Positions 48,000 through 62,216 of a stretch of DNA of 64,000 nucleotides are shown here, one piece after another. Numbering within the stretch: position 1 is the first letter of the stretch; each line of letters starts with the position of its first letter. The position numbers and the translations under genes were made by a program. The notes under the pieces were generated by a model. The model had not been told where the DNA came from and did not search any database. It saw nothing but the letters and a program-made list of their open reading frames with translations. Source of the DNA: Tubulanus polymorphus (taxonomy: Eukaryota > Animalia > Nemertea); the NCBI RefSeq assembly GCF_964204645.1, contig NC_134026.1:18820150-18884149 (forward strand), read 5' to 3'.

Positions 48000-48790
48000 T
48001 CGCCTGCTGATTGCATTTGCTTTTCTTCCGTCATCCATCAGTTCGTCCGTAGACAGAATCCAATAATTTTGAGACGTTTTGAAGATGCTCAGATGGATTG
48101 TCTTGATATTTGGTTTACGCATGTTTAGACATTACTGCAGCCCAAAGACTGGCCCGATCAAAGTCAAGACGACTGACTTTGCAGATATTGTTGTTCCCCA
48201 AAATCATCAATTTTTACACATTTTCAAAGTTTTCAAGTTTGAAGAAGCTTCAATCAATTATCTTGATCTATAAGATATGTTTGTATATCCTCTCAGGGCC
48301 GATCAGAAAAATTGGGTTGATCAGACTCAAGATGGCCGTCCTGTGGTCTTTTTTGTGCCTGTGCCTAAAAGCCATTTTTTGCCTGAATTCTGAGACTTGT
48401 AGCTTCTTCATGGTTTGTCATTTTTCATTTTCATTTGTGACAGAAATACTTTTGGAGGGAATCTTTGACTCAGTCAATTGTCACATATTCGGCGGCCATC
48501 TCAGTATCATCATTCCTTCTTCTTAGATGGAAAAACGTTTTAGTAAAATATCAAAAAGTTTTAACTGATAGGCTTGATATTTAATAATTGTTAGCGCTGT
48601 CATAGATACATCTCCACACATAGACTTGGGGATCATCCATTTTTTGTATATTGTCACCAGAGGGCACTGAACAGCAGAATAACTTAATATTTTTTTCATA
48701 TTGGTACCTAGGCATATTTTCTTACCACAAATTGTGGCTCATAACATGTTTTATGATTCCGGTGAGTTTTAAGGTCATTGGTTTCTGTAT
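48000..48790 (+). mobile_element. Degraded HINE family A copy
   Basis: GTCCGTAGACAGAATCC, CAAGATGGCCGTC, CGGCCATCTCAGT and a single 154-bp-type unit, collinear with the reverse complement of 31250-32100. Confidence 0.7.
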
Positions 48791-50996
48791 ATGTGCAGGA
48801 GGGGGGGGGGGTGGCATCGAATTTTCAAATTGTTGGTCAGATTTCAAATCGCTTCCCAAGTGGGAATTTTCTCCCTGGACCTCGAGTTTCATCGTCGCAA
48901 AGCAATGCACACAATCACAAAATAAGCGTAAAGCTAGGTCTATAGCAGGTGAACCTTGGACTCTACTTTAGAGTCAGATCACTTCTAGTTTCCATTTTGC
49001 TATGTACTAGGCTTGAGTGTAGGTTGTAAGCCCTTTTTTGTCTATCCCGATTTTAAGGGCAATGGATGCAGCAACTAAGTTATGGTAATAGCTGATTTCC
49101 GGGCTGACCAACATTATTTCTTAAGAAAAAGCTTGTATTTCCCCTTACTGTGACTGCCACTATTTCATCAATCAATGTACATAAATGTATTTTCGACTGT
49201 ATTTTCTTCTCAAGCATTCTTATCAAGTCTTATGTACGTGTTTAATCATTGTTCATTGTTCTTTATTCCTGCCTTATGTAATGTGCATCAGTGATATATT
49301 TAAATCCGCTTCAGGTTCTAAAGACTCGTCGGGATCAATTCCAACGTTGGTTGCAAATTGACATCGACAAATGGAAATGAACTAATCTCGAATGAACTGT
49401 AGTCTTGAATCCTGCCTTAAAACCTCGGTCGTGTACCTCATTGCATTCCCTTTTTTAGTACACGCTCGGTAAATGACGACCAGATATCGTTGATACGAAG
49501 GCAAAATTAGTTCATTTGAATCAACTTTGAAATGGATTTTGACTTTGAACTACTCGGTGTTAAGTATAGTTTATGAACAGAACAACATCAAAGGAATTTC
49601 AATTGGAAACTATAGGCCTGATTAAAAAGACCTGCCGTAATACTTTGCATTGTGGGGGGGGGGGGGCATTATGGTTTCTTATTGTCAAACGTTGGTCCGC
49701 GCCTGTGAACATTTTTCCAGTTGTGCATTCATGGTAAGAAAAAGATTTAGAAATTATTTCATCTCATAATTTCGAGTAAAACGAATTCAAAAACTGAATC
49801 AATTCACGGTCAGTTGGTAGTCCGAATTGCGTAGGATCTATCGGACTTAACTTTCTGGATATTTCATGGCCCATGATTTAGGTAGGTAGAAATTTTAGAA
49901 ACCGAGGAAGTAGAATATTTTCGAAATGATTTTGTCTTTACTTCAAATGTGTATATCAGTCGATAATGGTGTCATTAATTTGTCAATTTAACGGCCGTAA
50001 ATCATTTGCGACGTATGATGATTTACGGTCGCGAGCCGACGAATTCATGGTTGCAGCGTTGTTAAGTGTCATATCGACGGATTAGATAGATTAGGCGAGT
50101 CGACTAACTATCTCTCTCGCTGATTTCGTTCGCCAGATGATGAGCATTGAACACTTGTAAATTCTATTTGTCTCGTAATTAGAAAAGATAAATCATACCG
50201 GGGATAATTGCGTCAAATGCGTCTCGTAAAACCTGCACTTCTCATACATAATGCATCGTCGTTTCGTTCGTCTGGTAATGGCGTCGGTCGCCTTTTTTGA
50301 ATTATGTACGCGCTCGTGTGCGCGTGTGCGGCATGAAATCGGCTCTCGTTTTGGGCTTGACTTTTCGTTGAATTCGAAGCAGGTATCTCGTGTTCGATTG
50401 TAGTACCGTCGAGCGCCGCGTTCGCGCTGCTGTAATGGCTCCGCTGTGGAGTCTTTCGACTGAATCTCTATAGCAACACACACTCTCGTCTTCGACTGTT
50501 TAAGAATCGCGCCGTCATGAAAGTTGCCCACAATAGATGAAGGGGATTTCGTTATAACGTCTTCAAGTACCACCTAGAAGTATTGTTTAAGTACCGAATG
50601 ATATTGTGGTTTTCGTGAAATGTTTCTCGTGAGAAGTAACAAGGATTTTTTTGCATTTAACACCGTAAAAACTGTTACAATGATGTTTATATGCATTGAT
50701 ACCTAGTATGCGTTATCTAAGGGGTTCTGTGTGAGTCGATGAGCACTATGTCATCAATATTGGCGTTTCAAAATAACAATTACAACGTATGAATTTTGGC
50801 ATTTATTTTGTAAATAGATTTATTTCGTAACAGTGGGCTATTTTTGGGGGTAGAATCCTAGGTTAGCATCTGAGTGTGTTGTTTTTCAAGGCGTCGATAA
50901 ACTTTCAAGTTCGTTTAGTAAAACAGTATTTTTTGACTCCGGAAAAAACCGTCAAAATAATGTTTATATACATTGATATCTAAAATGCGTTATCTA

Positions 50997-51747
50997 CAAC
51001 GCGAAGCCTACCGACTCCTACTGACGCAACTGAGAGCAACCGCGATCGGAGCCCAGCTTATGTCGACTGCGCTCCGATTCGCAGCAACTGAGGCCGACTA
51101 GCGGGATATGAGATCCTCCCAGTTGCTTCCCTGCTTATGTCGGTTGCGTTTACTAGCAACTGCAACGGCTCAAATGGTCACGTGATAAGCACTTTGAGAA
51201 TAAATTTGAATTATTAGGAAATATATTTCTATTAAAAAAGCTATTTCTTTAAGACTTTGATCTTTCTGATTCTGTTTTGAATACAACGTGCTAGCGACAT
51301 CTATAAAGATGGCCGCTCACACCATAATTCTACCAATTTCGTTTCTAGATCTTCGGTCCAGTCCTCTGCCGAGCTGAAGGTTTTGTTTATGTTTGAACTA
51401 CTTGAATTTGAAAGTTTATGACTAATTACGAATGACACTAACTAGCGGTGATAATTTGTACTATGTATATGCGGTCTCTCATTGGCTGGAACCCCTGCGC
51501 TCAGTTCCGTCGCGTCGCAGATGAGCTTATGTCGGCTGCGATCGAAAGCAACTGCCCGCGTACTGTAGGCCGGAGTAGAACGGCTTGCGACGAGTCGGTA
51601 GGCGTCGCGTTGCCGTCGCAAGCCGGCTTATGTCGAACCGATTGAGGAGCAACTGGCGGCCTCTCGTAGGCCGCTAGTTGCCACTAATCGGCGATAAACC
51701 CAGTTGCGTCGGTAGGCGTCGCGTTGCTTGTCGACATAAGCCAACCT
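50997..51747. mobile_element. GC-rich MITE (Harbinger-like) with truncated left TIR
   Basis: CAACGCGAAGCCTACCGAC... versus ...GTCGGTAGGCGTCGCGTTGCTTGTCGACATAAGCCAACCT|TAA. Repeated GCTTATGTCG motifs. It interrupts a local duplication at TCTAAGG. Confidence 0.7.
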
Positions 51748-52192
51748 TAAGGGGTTCTGTGTGAGTCGATGTGCAGTACGTCATCAATATTGGCATTTCA
51801 AAATAACAACTACAATTGTGAATTTTGGCGCTTATTTAATAGACAAATGTATATATTTCATTACTCTATACATTTGTCTATTAAATAAGCGCCAAAATTC
51901 ACAATTGTATTTCATTACTCTTATTCTATTTTTTATCAATTTTGATAATTATTTTTGATAGGATGTGCACTACGTCGTCATTTGCGTAATCGGTAGATGC
52001 GGTTTTCATCGTCAACAAAATGGCACAGAGGACTAAAATCGGCAATAATCATTTCGCACACTTCAATGATTCTATGAATACAGATCCAACTATTGTTCCT
52101 CCCATTCTCGGATTTGAAATCGATACGAAATTTGATGCTTACAACTTCAGTCTGTTTCTAATACCGTGATCATTGAATACTCCAAGGTGATA

Positions 52193-52373
52193 CGGTGGAA
52201 CCTCGTTAAAATGAACTCGTAGCAATTTATCGGATATAACAAATATAGAATTTTGTACCAAGTAAGACAATTTGATAATTTTATATTGGATATAACGAAC
52301 TATCGATATATCGGTTATGATATGGAACATATTTTGCTTGTCGTGTGAAGTTCGTTGTAATGAGGTTCCGCTG
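52193..52373. mobile_element. Tc1/mariner (pogo/Tigger-like) MITE
   Basis: TA|CGGTGGAACCTCGTTAAAATGAAC ... GTTCGTTGTAATGAGGTTCCGCTG|TA. Confidence 0.75.
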
Positions 52374-54929
52374 TATTTGGTGAAATGAATTTTGAATGTG
52401 TTATTGGAATCTATTGAACTGCTGCGTAAGATCACTTTCGCAAACGTCAAGTTACGCCTCATCGAATGCACACTCGAATGAATTATTCGAATCTACTAAA
52501 CTGCTGCATAAAATCACCTTCCCGAATGTCAAGTTACACCTCGATGCACATGAGTTGCATTTCTGTGAAGGCTTACATCTCGAGAATGAAATGTGAAAGA
52601 TTTTGTGTACAGTTGCGCTAATAGTACAATAACCTGACTCAAACGTGTTGAACGGATAATAAGATAAAACCCCACTATGTAAAAATCAAAAGAATTTTAA
52701 AATCGAGAAATTCATTTATTAAAAAAAATCTAAAGTATATAATACACAACGTTTCGATCTTACCCTAGACAATTAGTGAGTGAGTAAGTAATAATTGCGA
52801 TAGTTGCGCTAACTTCATGTAGAGTTCACTAGTTATTATAGAAGCTGATGATCATCAAACTATCTTTACACCTATCATCAAATGCTAATATCAGGAAGAT
52901 GCGCCTTTCAAAAAATCGTACCTGATCGAATTTGAATATTAGTCAGATTTCCTAGCTACCTATTTTAGGAGTAACTCCTTTATGGTTATTATGCCGTATA
53001 TTTCATGTCAAACGAACCAGTCGCAGCCATGTTGCCTCGAGTAATTAAATAATATACGAGTGTAAATTGTCATTTTCGATTCCTTGACTTAACAGAAAAT
53101 GATCAGGAAATTACTGGCCACATCATTAGGCATTAACTGTCATATTCAAAGCGAAAGCTACCAGCATTGAGCAGGAACTGATACGATTTCGAAGGCGTAG
53201 ATTTGTTTATCATCTGCGTGGCTTGGGGCCTAATGCGCGAATGTTTCTGCTGGCGATTAGATTCGGCGCAAAGTAATTCATATTATGTCGAACTAGCTTA
53301 ATTGTCCCCTTAGTATCCGGCTTTGATATGTCGGGCTGCCATTTGTTCCCTTGAGCTCATTATCGCTATGTCTCAGGAAAAGATTATAGCAATAACGTGA
53401 CATTTCAAGTGGTTTAGAGTCATTCCAGCCTTTGGCCTAAAGTACCAGATATATCGAAGCACTCTACCCTGTTAAGTTAGCACAACACGTGGAAATTGGC
53501 CATGAGATGATGCACCCTATCAATTTTGGGGGCAAAATCTCCAAGGTCAAGGTCGTTCTGGCTTCTGGGTCTATAAAGCCTGTCATTGCATCATCTCCAA
53601 TAAAGATGGTAGGACAACTGTGAAACTTTCTAGGTAGGTTGCTCAAATAAAAGGATGCTCCCCTATTAATTCTAGAGTAGAAAAACTAAAAGGTCATATG
53701 CCATCAAGATCTAATAACTCTTAAAATGTGCTACCCTCCCACTAACCAAATCAGTCCGACCTTTTAGTTGATGGGTGACAATGAAATGCCTTCTCTTGTT
53801 TAGATTTGTAATATTCCTATACACCGCGATGTACAGTTAGTCTTTCATATTGTATGTAATTGTAATGTGACAATGACAGATAAGTAAATCTACAGTCCGT
53901 ATCGCGGAATTATCTTGAGAAATTTTCCACACGCATTTCTCACATTCCATCTTCATAAAATCTTCACTAAAATGATATACTGTCAATCACACTGAAAGTC
54001 TCGCAATAAAAGGTTGTGAGACTTATTGCTGATTGAAGTAACGCCACAAATCCCACTCAAAAATATGATCAACTATCTGACTGTGGATCAAAGTAATTTA
54101 CTTTTCCCTTAAAAACTATTATTAATGTAAAAAGAAGACTAGTATGCACAGGGGCTGATCTAGGATGTTTTCAAAGGGCATGCAGAAAAAGATTCTCTCT
54201 TGAGAATATTGTCGAATTCTCACTAGAGATCAGTTCGAAACATCAAGTCATTTTGACTTTTCCATTAAATAGATTCTTGGTCTTAAAACTTTTAAATCTG
54301 TACATAGTGGGTTTATATCTTACCAGATATTCTCGTCATTCATGCGCGGATCACTATGACGCAACAGTTTATTCCTGTGAAGACTTAGCGCCGTATATTT
54401 TAAAATTAAATCCGAACTAACGGTCTTATCCCCTGCTTAATTCATCAGGAAATCGTACGTTTAAAGACAAATTAACTGTCATAAGGCAACGTTCAGCAAT
54501 GACGCATTATTCCACTTCACGAATCCATTAATCTCAAATTTACTTTTAATTATCTCGGATGTAGCGCACAAGAGATGTTCTCTTCAGTCTAAAAAGATAC
54601 CATTAATAAATCGTCTGGCTCAGTTCACGTGCTTCGATATGATATTATGTTTAGCGATTTCCGGATCGAGATGGTTTCTAGATTCTATCATGTATCGACA
54701 CTTGACGTGGTGTTTAGACAGTTAATCCATCTAGTACTCGAAAACCGATTCAACAAGTTGTAAGTCATTTATATCAGTCACAAGTCACTCATATCCATGA
54801 TGAACTAGAGTAAAACCTGTGGAAACCCCAGGCATTTCTTTTTAGCTTTTTAACTTCAACAAACTTTTAGATTCTTTGGCCATGGAATTAAGTCGGACCA
54901 TTTGAAAATGATGTGGTATATGCCCATGC

Positions 54930-55062
54930 CCATGGTGACATCTCGGGAACTTCGATATCCCGTACCCGTAGAGGCTGGCAACCATGTATAGTTTAACTAC
55001 GCGGGATTCAAACTTCTGATCCATTAGGTGCAAGTCTTGTGCTCTACTAACTGGGCCATCAT
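54930..55062 (-). mobile_element. tRNA-derived SINE head, decayed
   Basis: Minus strand GATGGCCCAGTTAGTAGAGC...AGTTTGAATCCC (A and B boxes). Confidence 0.45.
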
Positions 55063-55459
55063 GACTGCTGTAAAATTGTTTGATACAGTAACAGTCCATA
55101 TCGATTTTCCTGCTTGCTGATTGGCTAGAATTTTTTGTTAGCCTCCCGTATGGCCCGCTATAAATATTTTCACACTGGTTTAAAGCCGTTGCATCGGCAG
55201 GGGTGCGTTTAGGATGCAGACCCAGGGGTTTGGACCCCTGCCTCCCAGTGAGTACTTTTGGGATGCGTTCCTTCAAGAATATCTTAAGCTGAGGGTAACA
55301 CCACACGTAACCCGAATTGAGGCCTTTGACCTGGCTGCTTTATTTGAGACATGCCTTTTATTTTCTTCTGGACCCGGGCCTCCAATTTTCCTCAATCCAC
55401 ACCCGATAAGTCAAAACAACCATTGACTAGCCCACCAGATTTCAAGGCCCATTATATCT

Positions 55460-55802
55460 CATCCTCCCCCGGCAGGGTTTCGAACCTGATGGCATCGAGA
55501 TTGCCACGGTACGAAACCCTATCACACTAGACCGAGTGCGCAGCTACACGCACGGCTTAGATGAAGTCATTACCAGCCACTCAGAAATCCCATTTTATTT
55601 CAGCCTGGGTTTTCCCGTTTATAATTCTTCGGTGAAATTTGCCGCGGCGATTATACAACGAGCAATCTGATTGGTGCCACAAGTTTTCGTGCGGCAAAGC
55701 TGCGCGTGTACCTGCGCACCCCATCTACTGTGGCAGGGGTTCGTGCCTTAGTAGCTGAGTGTAGCGATACCATCAGGTTCGAATCCCTGCCGTGGGAGAA
55801 TA
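55460..55802. mobile_element. TIR element with tRNA-like arms and 9-bp TSD, full-length copy (reverse orientation to 40206-40540)
   Basis: CATCCTCCC...GGGAGAATA ends. TSD ATTATATCT/ATAATATCT. The spacer is the reverse complement of the spacer in the 40206 copy. Confidence 0.85.
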
Positions 55803-57911
55803 ATAATATCTGCAACGGCGACAGTAGATGGTACATAGTTCCATATTGATATAGAGTGTGATACAATTGCGTATTCAATTGTCACCACTAGCAGAGCCGT
55901 CATCTGTCATAATCTGGCCGCCGTTGTCGTCGTATAAATGAAGTAGTTACGTTGTGTTTTGAAACTCTTCTCCGCGCTGGTCGTCGTCGTCGTCGTCGTA
56001 CTGCGCTAATCGTGATCGTCGACGGTGTAGTGATACAGGAAGTCCCTACAGCCGATATACGTGATCGGAATTGTCGACAATTTATGATCAAGTGGCGGCG
56101 AACGATGACGACGATGTCGCGATTCTTTTTTTTTCGACATCGTAAAATACGATTATGATACAATGATTGCTATTTCTGTCCCCGACCCGACTGTGCGGTC
56201 AGCACGTATTATCATAATTCGGCGAAGCCTCTCGGTTCATAAATTAGATCTCGTTTCTCGAAGAAATTACGTATTCTTTTTCTCGCCGTATCGCGCTCCA
56301 GCAGGGGCGGATCGCGAGACTGATTTATGGAAAAAATGGCCGCTTAGCTTCGTAATGAATATGCGTGAAGATCTATTTTTAATAGCTGAAGAGATTTTGA
56401 AGTGACTATGGATTATGAAATGAGTGGAACATATTCTGGAGTTTTTTGGGTCTATCCGATTTAACGTTGAATTGTTATTTCATGGAAGAGATTTATGTCG
56501 TTATGAAGCCTCTAGACAATTGATGGATTTATTTCAATTTCTTTCATTAGGAAAGTTTATTGGCAACAAATGTCTTAAGAAAATTTGAGACAAACTGAAT
56601 TTTGCAGCAATTCAGCTATTCTAGCGCTGAAGAGCTGAACGTGACAGATACCACTGCATGAGAATAAGCGAAAAAGGGTATATGTACATTACCAACTTTT
56701 CAACACTCTTTAATCGCTTTTTCATTTTGCATTGTGAAGCAACCTTGATAGAATACTGGGAAAATCGCTTTCTCTGAAGGATCGAGCCAAACTTATAGAG
56801 TTATGATAGAATGTAGGTAAATATCACCTCTAGGCAAAAATATCCCGTGGTAAAAATTCCCTCAAATTCAGTTACGTCAATCAGACAAACTAGATCAAAC
56901 AAGAGTCTAAAACTTTGATAAAACCTAGAAGATACTTTTTGAATACATATTTACATTATGTAAATATGTATTCAAAAAGTATCTTCTAGTTTTTATGATG
57001 TAAATGTAGATATTTTTAAAACTAGGATAATGTTATTTTCGATGCACGAAGCTTGCTAATAGTCACAGATTATCCGAGGTGAATAATGAAACAAACAGCA
57101 TGGAGAATTTAAGAATTTTGAAATCTATCTAGGTTTTTCAACAACATAAGAATATATTGATACAGTTTGTTGAACTTGTTTGAGAAATCAAATTTAGGGG
57201 GATTTCAACCGGGGGATATTTGCTGGGGCGGATCAACGACAATGAATTATTTTTCTCGCAAAAAATTAGTCAAACTATCGTGTCGTAGGTATTGAATTAT
57301 TTATCGTATCGATTTTATGTTGCACACGAACGAACAGCCAACATCAGGAGCATGTAGTATAAACGATGCATTAATACAGATGTGACAATGACTGTGTCAT
57401 TAATGCTACGGGTGGAATGAATGTTAATAAACCCCCTGACTGTAGCAGCTGGACTCCGACTATATGAACGGACTGACTGCCGATATATTCTGAATATTTA
57501 CGAGTGGGGATAGATGCCGAAAAGCTCGCGAGGCTCGTGCATATACGAATTAGTCGATATACCGACACGCGCCTGGCTTAAGAATAGTATAAATATAGTT
57601 GCATAAAAGCCAATTTTTTTTCTAATATTTATTTTTCGAAAGCGAATAGCTCGAATGTCGTCGGGATTTTCAGTTTGTTTACAAGCTTTGTTTGTATAGA
57701 CGATATCTGATTAATGGAATGATAATGACGGCTCGCGCATTAGCCGGATCGAGATCATCAAAGGATTAGTTGCAGTTTTAGATAATGTACTCTGGAGTAC
57801 AGCATTTTCTTGGCTAGATGTTTAAGAAAAAGGTCAGTGTTTTATGTTTCAAGATTCATTACTGATGTATGTATGTCTAACAGGCCAGGGGTGCGTTTAG
57901 AATGAAACTTA

Positions 57912-58200
57912 TAGTAATGATTGTAATGATCATAGTAATAATAATAAAAATTTATTTGTTTATATAGAGCTATATAAGACGGTCATAGTGCTTTACAATA
58001 GTAATACATGAAATCATAGAATTATTAAAATACAGTTGGGATTTAAAGAATATTAAAACAGCTTTCCTAAAAAGATGTTTCGAGGTTTCGCTTAAAAGCA
58101 TCGACAGATGAGGATTCCTGAATACTGGATGGTAGAAACTTGAATGAAATGTTAAGGTTGTCGAATGTTAAGGCTTCGAACGCCGTATATTTCCAATTTT
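57912..58200 (-). mobile_element. L2/CR1-group LINE 3' end
   Basis: Minus-strand peptide LPSSIQESSSVDAFKRNL, a 3' UTR TGTAAAGCAC...GCTCTATATAA and an (ATT)n tail. Confidence 0.6.
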
Positions 58201-61200
58201 CTCGTGACAAGATACTTATCCTCATTCCACCTGGCCTGATAGATCACTCCCAAGCACTAGTAGCAGCTTTGGCTTGTGCTGAGCTTTTTTGAGGGGGCAG
58301 GAAAAATGGCACCGTGAAAAGGGGCACTTTTCCTTTTTTTGAAAAGGACAGATCGAATATGATTGATTTCACAAACTAATGTTAAACAACGTCCCTTTTA
58401 TAGAAAAAATCTGAGGACCTGCATAAATCATTTGAGAATTGATTACTAATCATTTTCCAAAAAAACAAAACATTAAAATTATATCCAAATTTTGAAAAAT
58501 CTTGACCTGAAGGGCAGACTAAATTTTACGGGGTTCGTTTACTTTCCCCTTTTGGTATGGGCCTGCGGGAGAGATTACTGATTCAACTCATAGGCTGGGG
58601 GTAATAAAACCAACAAAAAAAAACAAAGAATGAATCGAGCTATTTTTGATGTCACAGGCTATTTTTTACTCTTTCCTCAGTAGGGGCGAATATATATCAG
58701 AGTATGTACATCAATAACAGGCTGGTCAATATCCATGAAAATGTATATGTAGCTACCAATTAACGATACACACTCACTGATACCATGATAACTTGAGCCA
58801 ATTTCCAGAAACCCTTTATCGCTGCTTTGCAGCTATATTTTTCTATATTACATTTATGATACAGTATACTTTGCCTATTTTCATATATGGGACCATTACA
58901 TTCAGTGTTTTCTTAATTTTTTTTAACGTTCATTATGTTCAGCAGTCTGGTTAGGTTGTGATTGCGGTCCGGTGTAGTCGATCATCACAGGTGCTAGGGT
59001 CGCATGTGCCACCAGTTTCTTTGAAACGTCTTCTTGATGACCCGGCTAATGGTGAACGATGCACCTTCAAGCGTGTTGATACTGCTGTGTAACAGACACC
59101 TTAATGGCACATTTCCTCATAACTTACATCTAGGGCCTGGTATTTTGTGACCAAAGTGCATATGCTTAGGGTGGTCTTTTATTGTCCTTTCACAAGGAGG
59201 ACCTGCGTATTGATCGTGCTCGCTGATAAGCTCATTGGCGGAATAACTCAAAAAGTGAATAATCTCACTGGGAGTGGTTGATTCGGGTCACCAGAATCCA
59301 GCCAAATAAAATCATTCATCGTATCAATCTAAATACCGTTGGTATATTTCATCATAGGTTAGGAATATCTTGGCTCACTTAAAACAAATGAATGAGGGCT
59401 GTGTTCAATGACAAATCAGAGGCCATCTTCAGGGTCTAACTTACAGGCTTGGTATTTGATGGCATTGTCTTAGGATACATCGCAAATGTTGTCGCTGTAA
59501 TTATGCTGTGGAACAGTTATGTGGCTGTTGGGTGGTGTCCTGGCATATGTTCAGATTTTCTTACCACATTTTGAAAATTTTAGTTGGATTTTTCGGGGCA
59601 TGAATCAAAAATGAATGCAAGATTAGTCTCCTAACCATATTTGACATAGTGATAAACCTCACAAAACTTTTAAAAAAGGCCTCAGTATCGATTATTGGAG
59701 AGTTTATTTGATTTTTAAGAATTTGTTTTTCTGTCTAAATGATACAGTTTGATGTGACACAACAGACTGGACAAGTGTATTAAGAATCCACCGTTTCGGG
59801 GAACATTCATGGAATAGATATTAGGAATATCTTTGACACTTGATGAATGGTTTCGCTGTTCATTTCCGAGGTGGAAGTTTATGTCATAAATACATCATAC
59901 AGAGCTGGTTGTTCTATGCGAGATCCAATGCGCGGAATGAACAATCAGAATCAGGAGACTAGGATTTGGAACCGGTAGATTCTTGAAATCCAATGAATCG
60001 TAAGAAGTCGTAAATTCCGGTTTCCGTTCCAATTTGTTCATAAATCATTTGCACATAATTGTATATGAAAGAATCAAAGAGCTTCGTAGATTAAGAAGAT
60101 AATGTGTAGGTCCACTGATCAAGTTTCTCCCTCGTCCAATATGGCCACCAAGGTGGACATTTTTAATTTCTTGCTAGTGCTCTATGCACTACATAATGAC
60201 ATGCAATATTTTCTTGAAAATTGGTAGGTATAATGGGGTAGTTGCACGAATTGCAGTCATTGAAAATCAGGTTTCTCCAATATTTTTCCAATATGGCTGC
60301 CACAGCAAACATTTGAAATGTCTTGTTGCGCTACAAACGATATGCGATTTTCTTGAAACTGGGTACAGGTGAGGTATGAGGCCTAGTACCATAAAATCAA
60401 AATTAACTTTCTCACCCTTCCAAAACTGCCCCTAAGGCAGATATTTTCACTTTCTTCTAAGCAATTTTTTAGATTTCTTGAAAAACTCTATTGGTGTAGC
60501 GGATGTTTGTCCACCATTCAATTCATAACTCTTAACTTATCTGGGTGACATATGTAACGTTCAGCCACTTTCTAGTAACAAATCTTTGTTTCATCATGTA
60601 CTACCAATTATTTTTTCCTTCCTTTGAAATTCGTTATCTTACATGCCCAATGCGCATTCATTAATATCTTTGGCGACAAATCGTATTTCATCCATCTGTC
60701 GTGTAGAGATGGTTGGAAGAATATTTTCTTTCCTTTCATGGCATTACTTCAGACAGTTACATGCTTGTTGGACGTAATAGTATATCGACACGCTACCTTA
60801 TACATTCTATTCATAGTCGTTACGCATTTGAAGTTTTCCATTTGCATCCTGTGTCATAAAGCGTTACTTGCCTCCTGTTAATATCGGCGCGGCAGAGATG
60901 AGTGCTGTAATGCTATAACAATCGTGTTGACAAAGTGTCTGGTTTATGGTCATTTCGCGCACTTTCTCTTGTCTAGTCAGGAATGGAGAGGCGACACGAT
61001 CCCCGTCCGATCAAGGTGGAAATATGATGATACTTACGATGACTGACTTACATTATCTTTCTCGAGATTTTCATTATTGGGTGTCTAAATATTGACGAAA
61101 GTAAAAACTGATACAATTTAGTTTAATTCTATATTATATCATCGCCCTCGGTTGATTTTATGTGTTGGCAATGTCAGGCGAGCCTAGTGCATACTGCTGG

Positions 61201-61204
61201 ACAC

Positions 61205-61526
61205 AACCCGCAATCATACGGAGAGGATTTGGCCCGGACCAAACTGGCACGGATCAGGCCCGAGTCACATTTGGCCCTGACCAAATTGGCACGGATCAGG
61301 CCCGAGTCACCTTTGGCCCATGGCTAATTAGAGAGCGCATGCACATGTAAATCTCTCACTCAGTACTAGACAATGTTTAAACAAAGCGAAGTGAGTCACT
61401 TCCGGAACCAGTTGCAATTCATACACAGTGATTTGCCCCATACTGAAATTTGGCTCGGGCCTGGTACAACATTTTTGGTCGCGCCATACATGACCCGGGC
61501 CAAAAGTGCTCGTGTGTTCGCGGCTA
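61205..61526. mobile_element. MITE with internal 42-bp tandem duplication
   Basis: TTTGGCCC.GACCAAA.TGGCACGGATCAGGCCCGAGTCAC occurs twice at ~61228-61319. Homologous to 39312-39535. Confidence 0.6.
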
Positions 61527-62216
61527 TGAACTCGAGACAGAAACTTTTTTCTGGCTTGTTCCATGATTGTGTGCATTTTCAGTTTATTTGTCAAGCTCAG
61601 GGTCTAAAATTTAGACAATGTGAGTGAAAAATACAATATACAAAATAACATAGCAGCGAATGCTGTGTTTACATGAATGTTGTATCAATTTTACTTATAG
61701 AAATACATATAGTTATATACACATAGAAATACAAGTTATACAGAATACAGTGTTTTGATGTTTCTTTCAAGTTATACAGTGTTTTGATGTTTTTTTCGTT
61801 ACACCAACGCGAACCAACACTTGTTTCGATCGCTGTGTGCGTTGTCGAAAGTTAAACAAGAAACACTGATACACAATAACAAATTCAGTGACAACGAGTG
61901 GACCACATCACTGATCAAAATCACTTCGGTTTTTATATCGTTTGGCACAATTTCTACTTTTTACATCGCTAGCAGGCGAACCAAATCATCAAAACATTTC
62001 AAACAAAAAAAAACCTTACATATTTTGGGTTTATGTTCCTTGCGGTTTGCAATAAGGATAATTGGGCGGGTGTGAATTGCGTTAATTGGCATTCAGCTAT
62101 GTTCCATGGACTCGACAACTGAATTTTGTATATACACCTCTGCAATTCATAACAAGTATCCATATCAAACGATATTACACGGGAGCCCTATTTGTACCGG
62201 TAATCGGAGTGACGAT

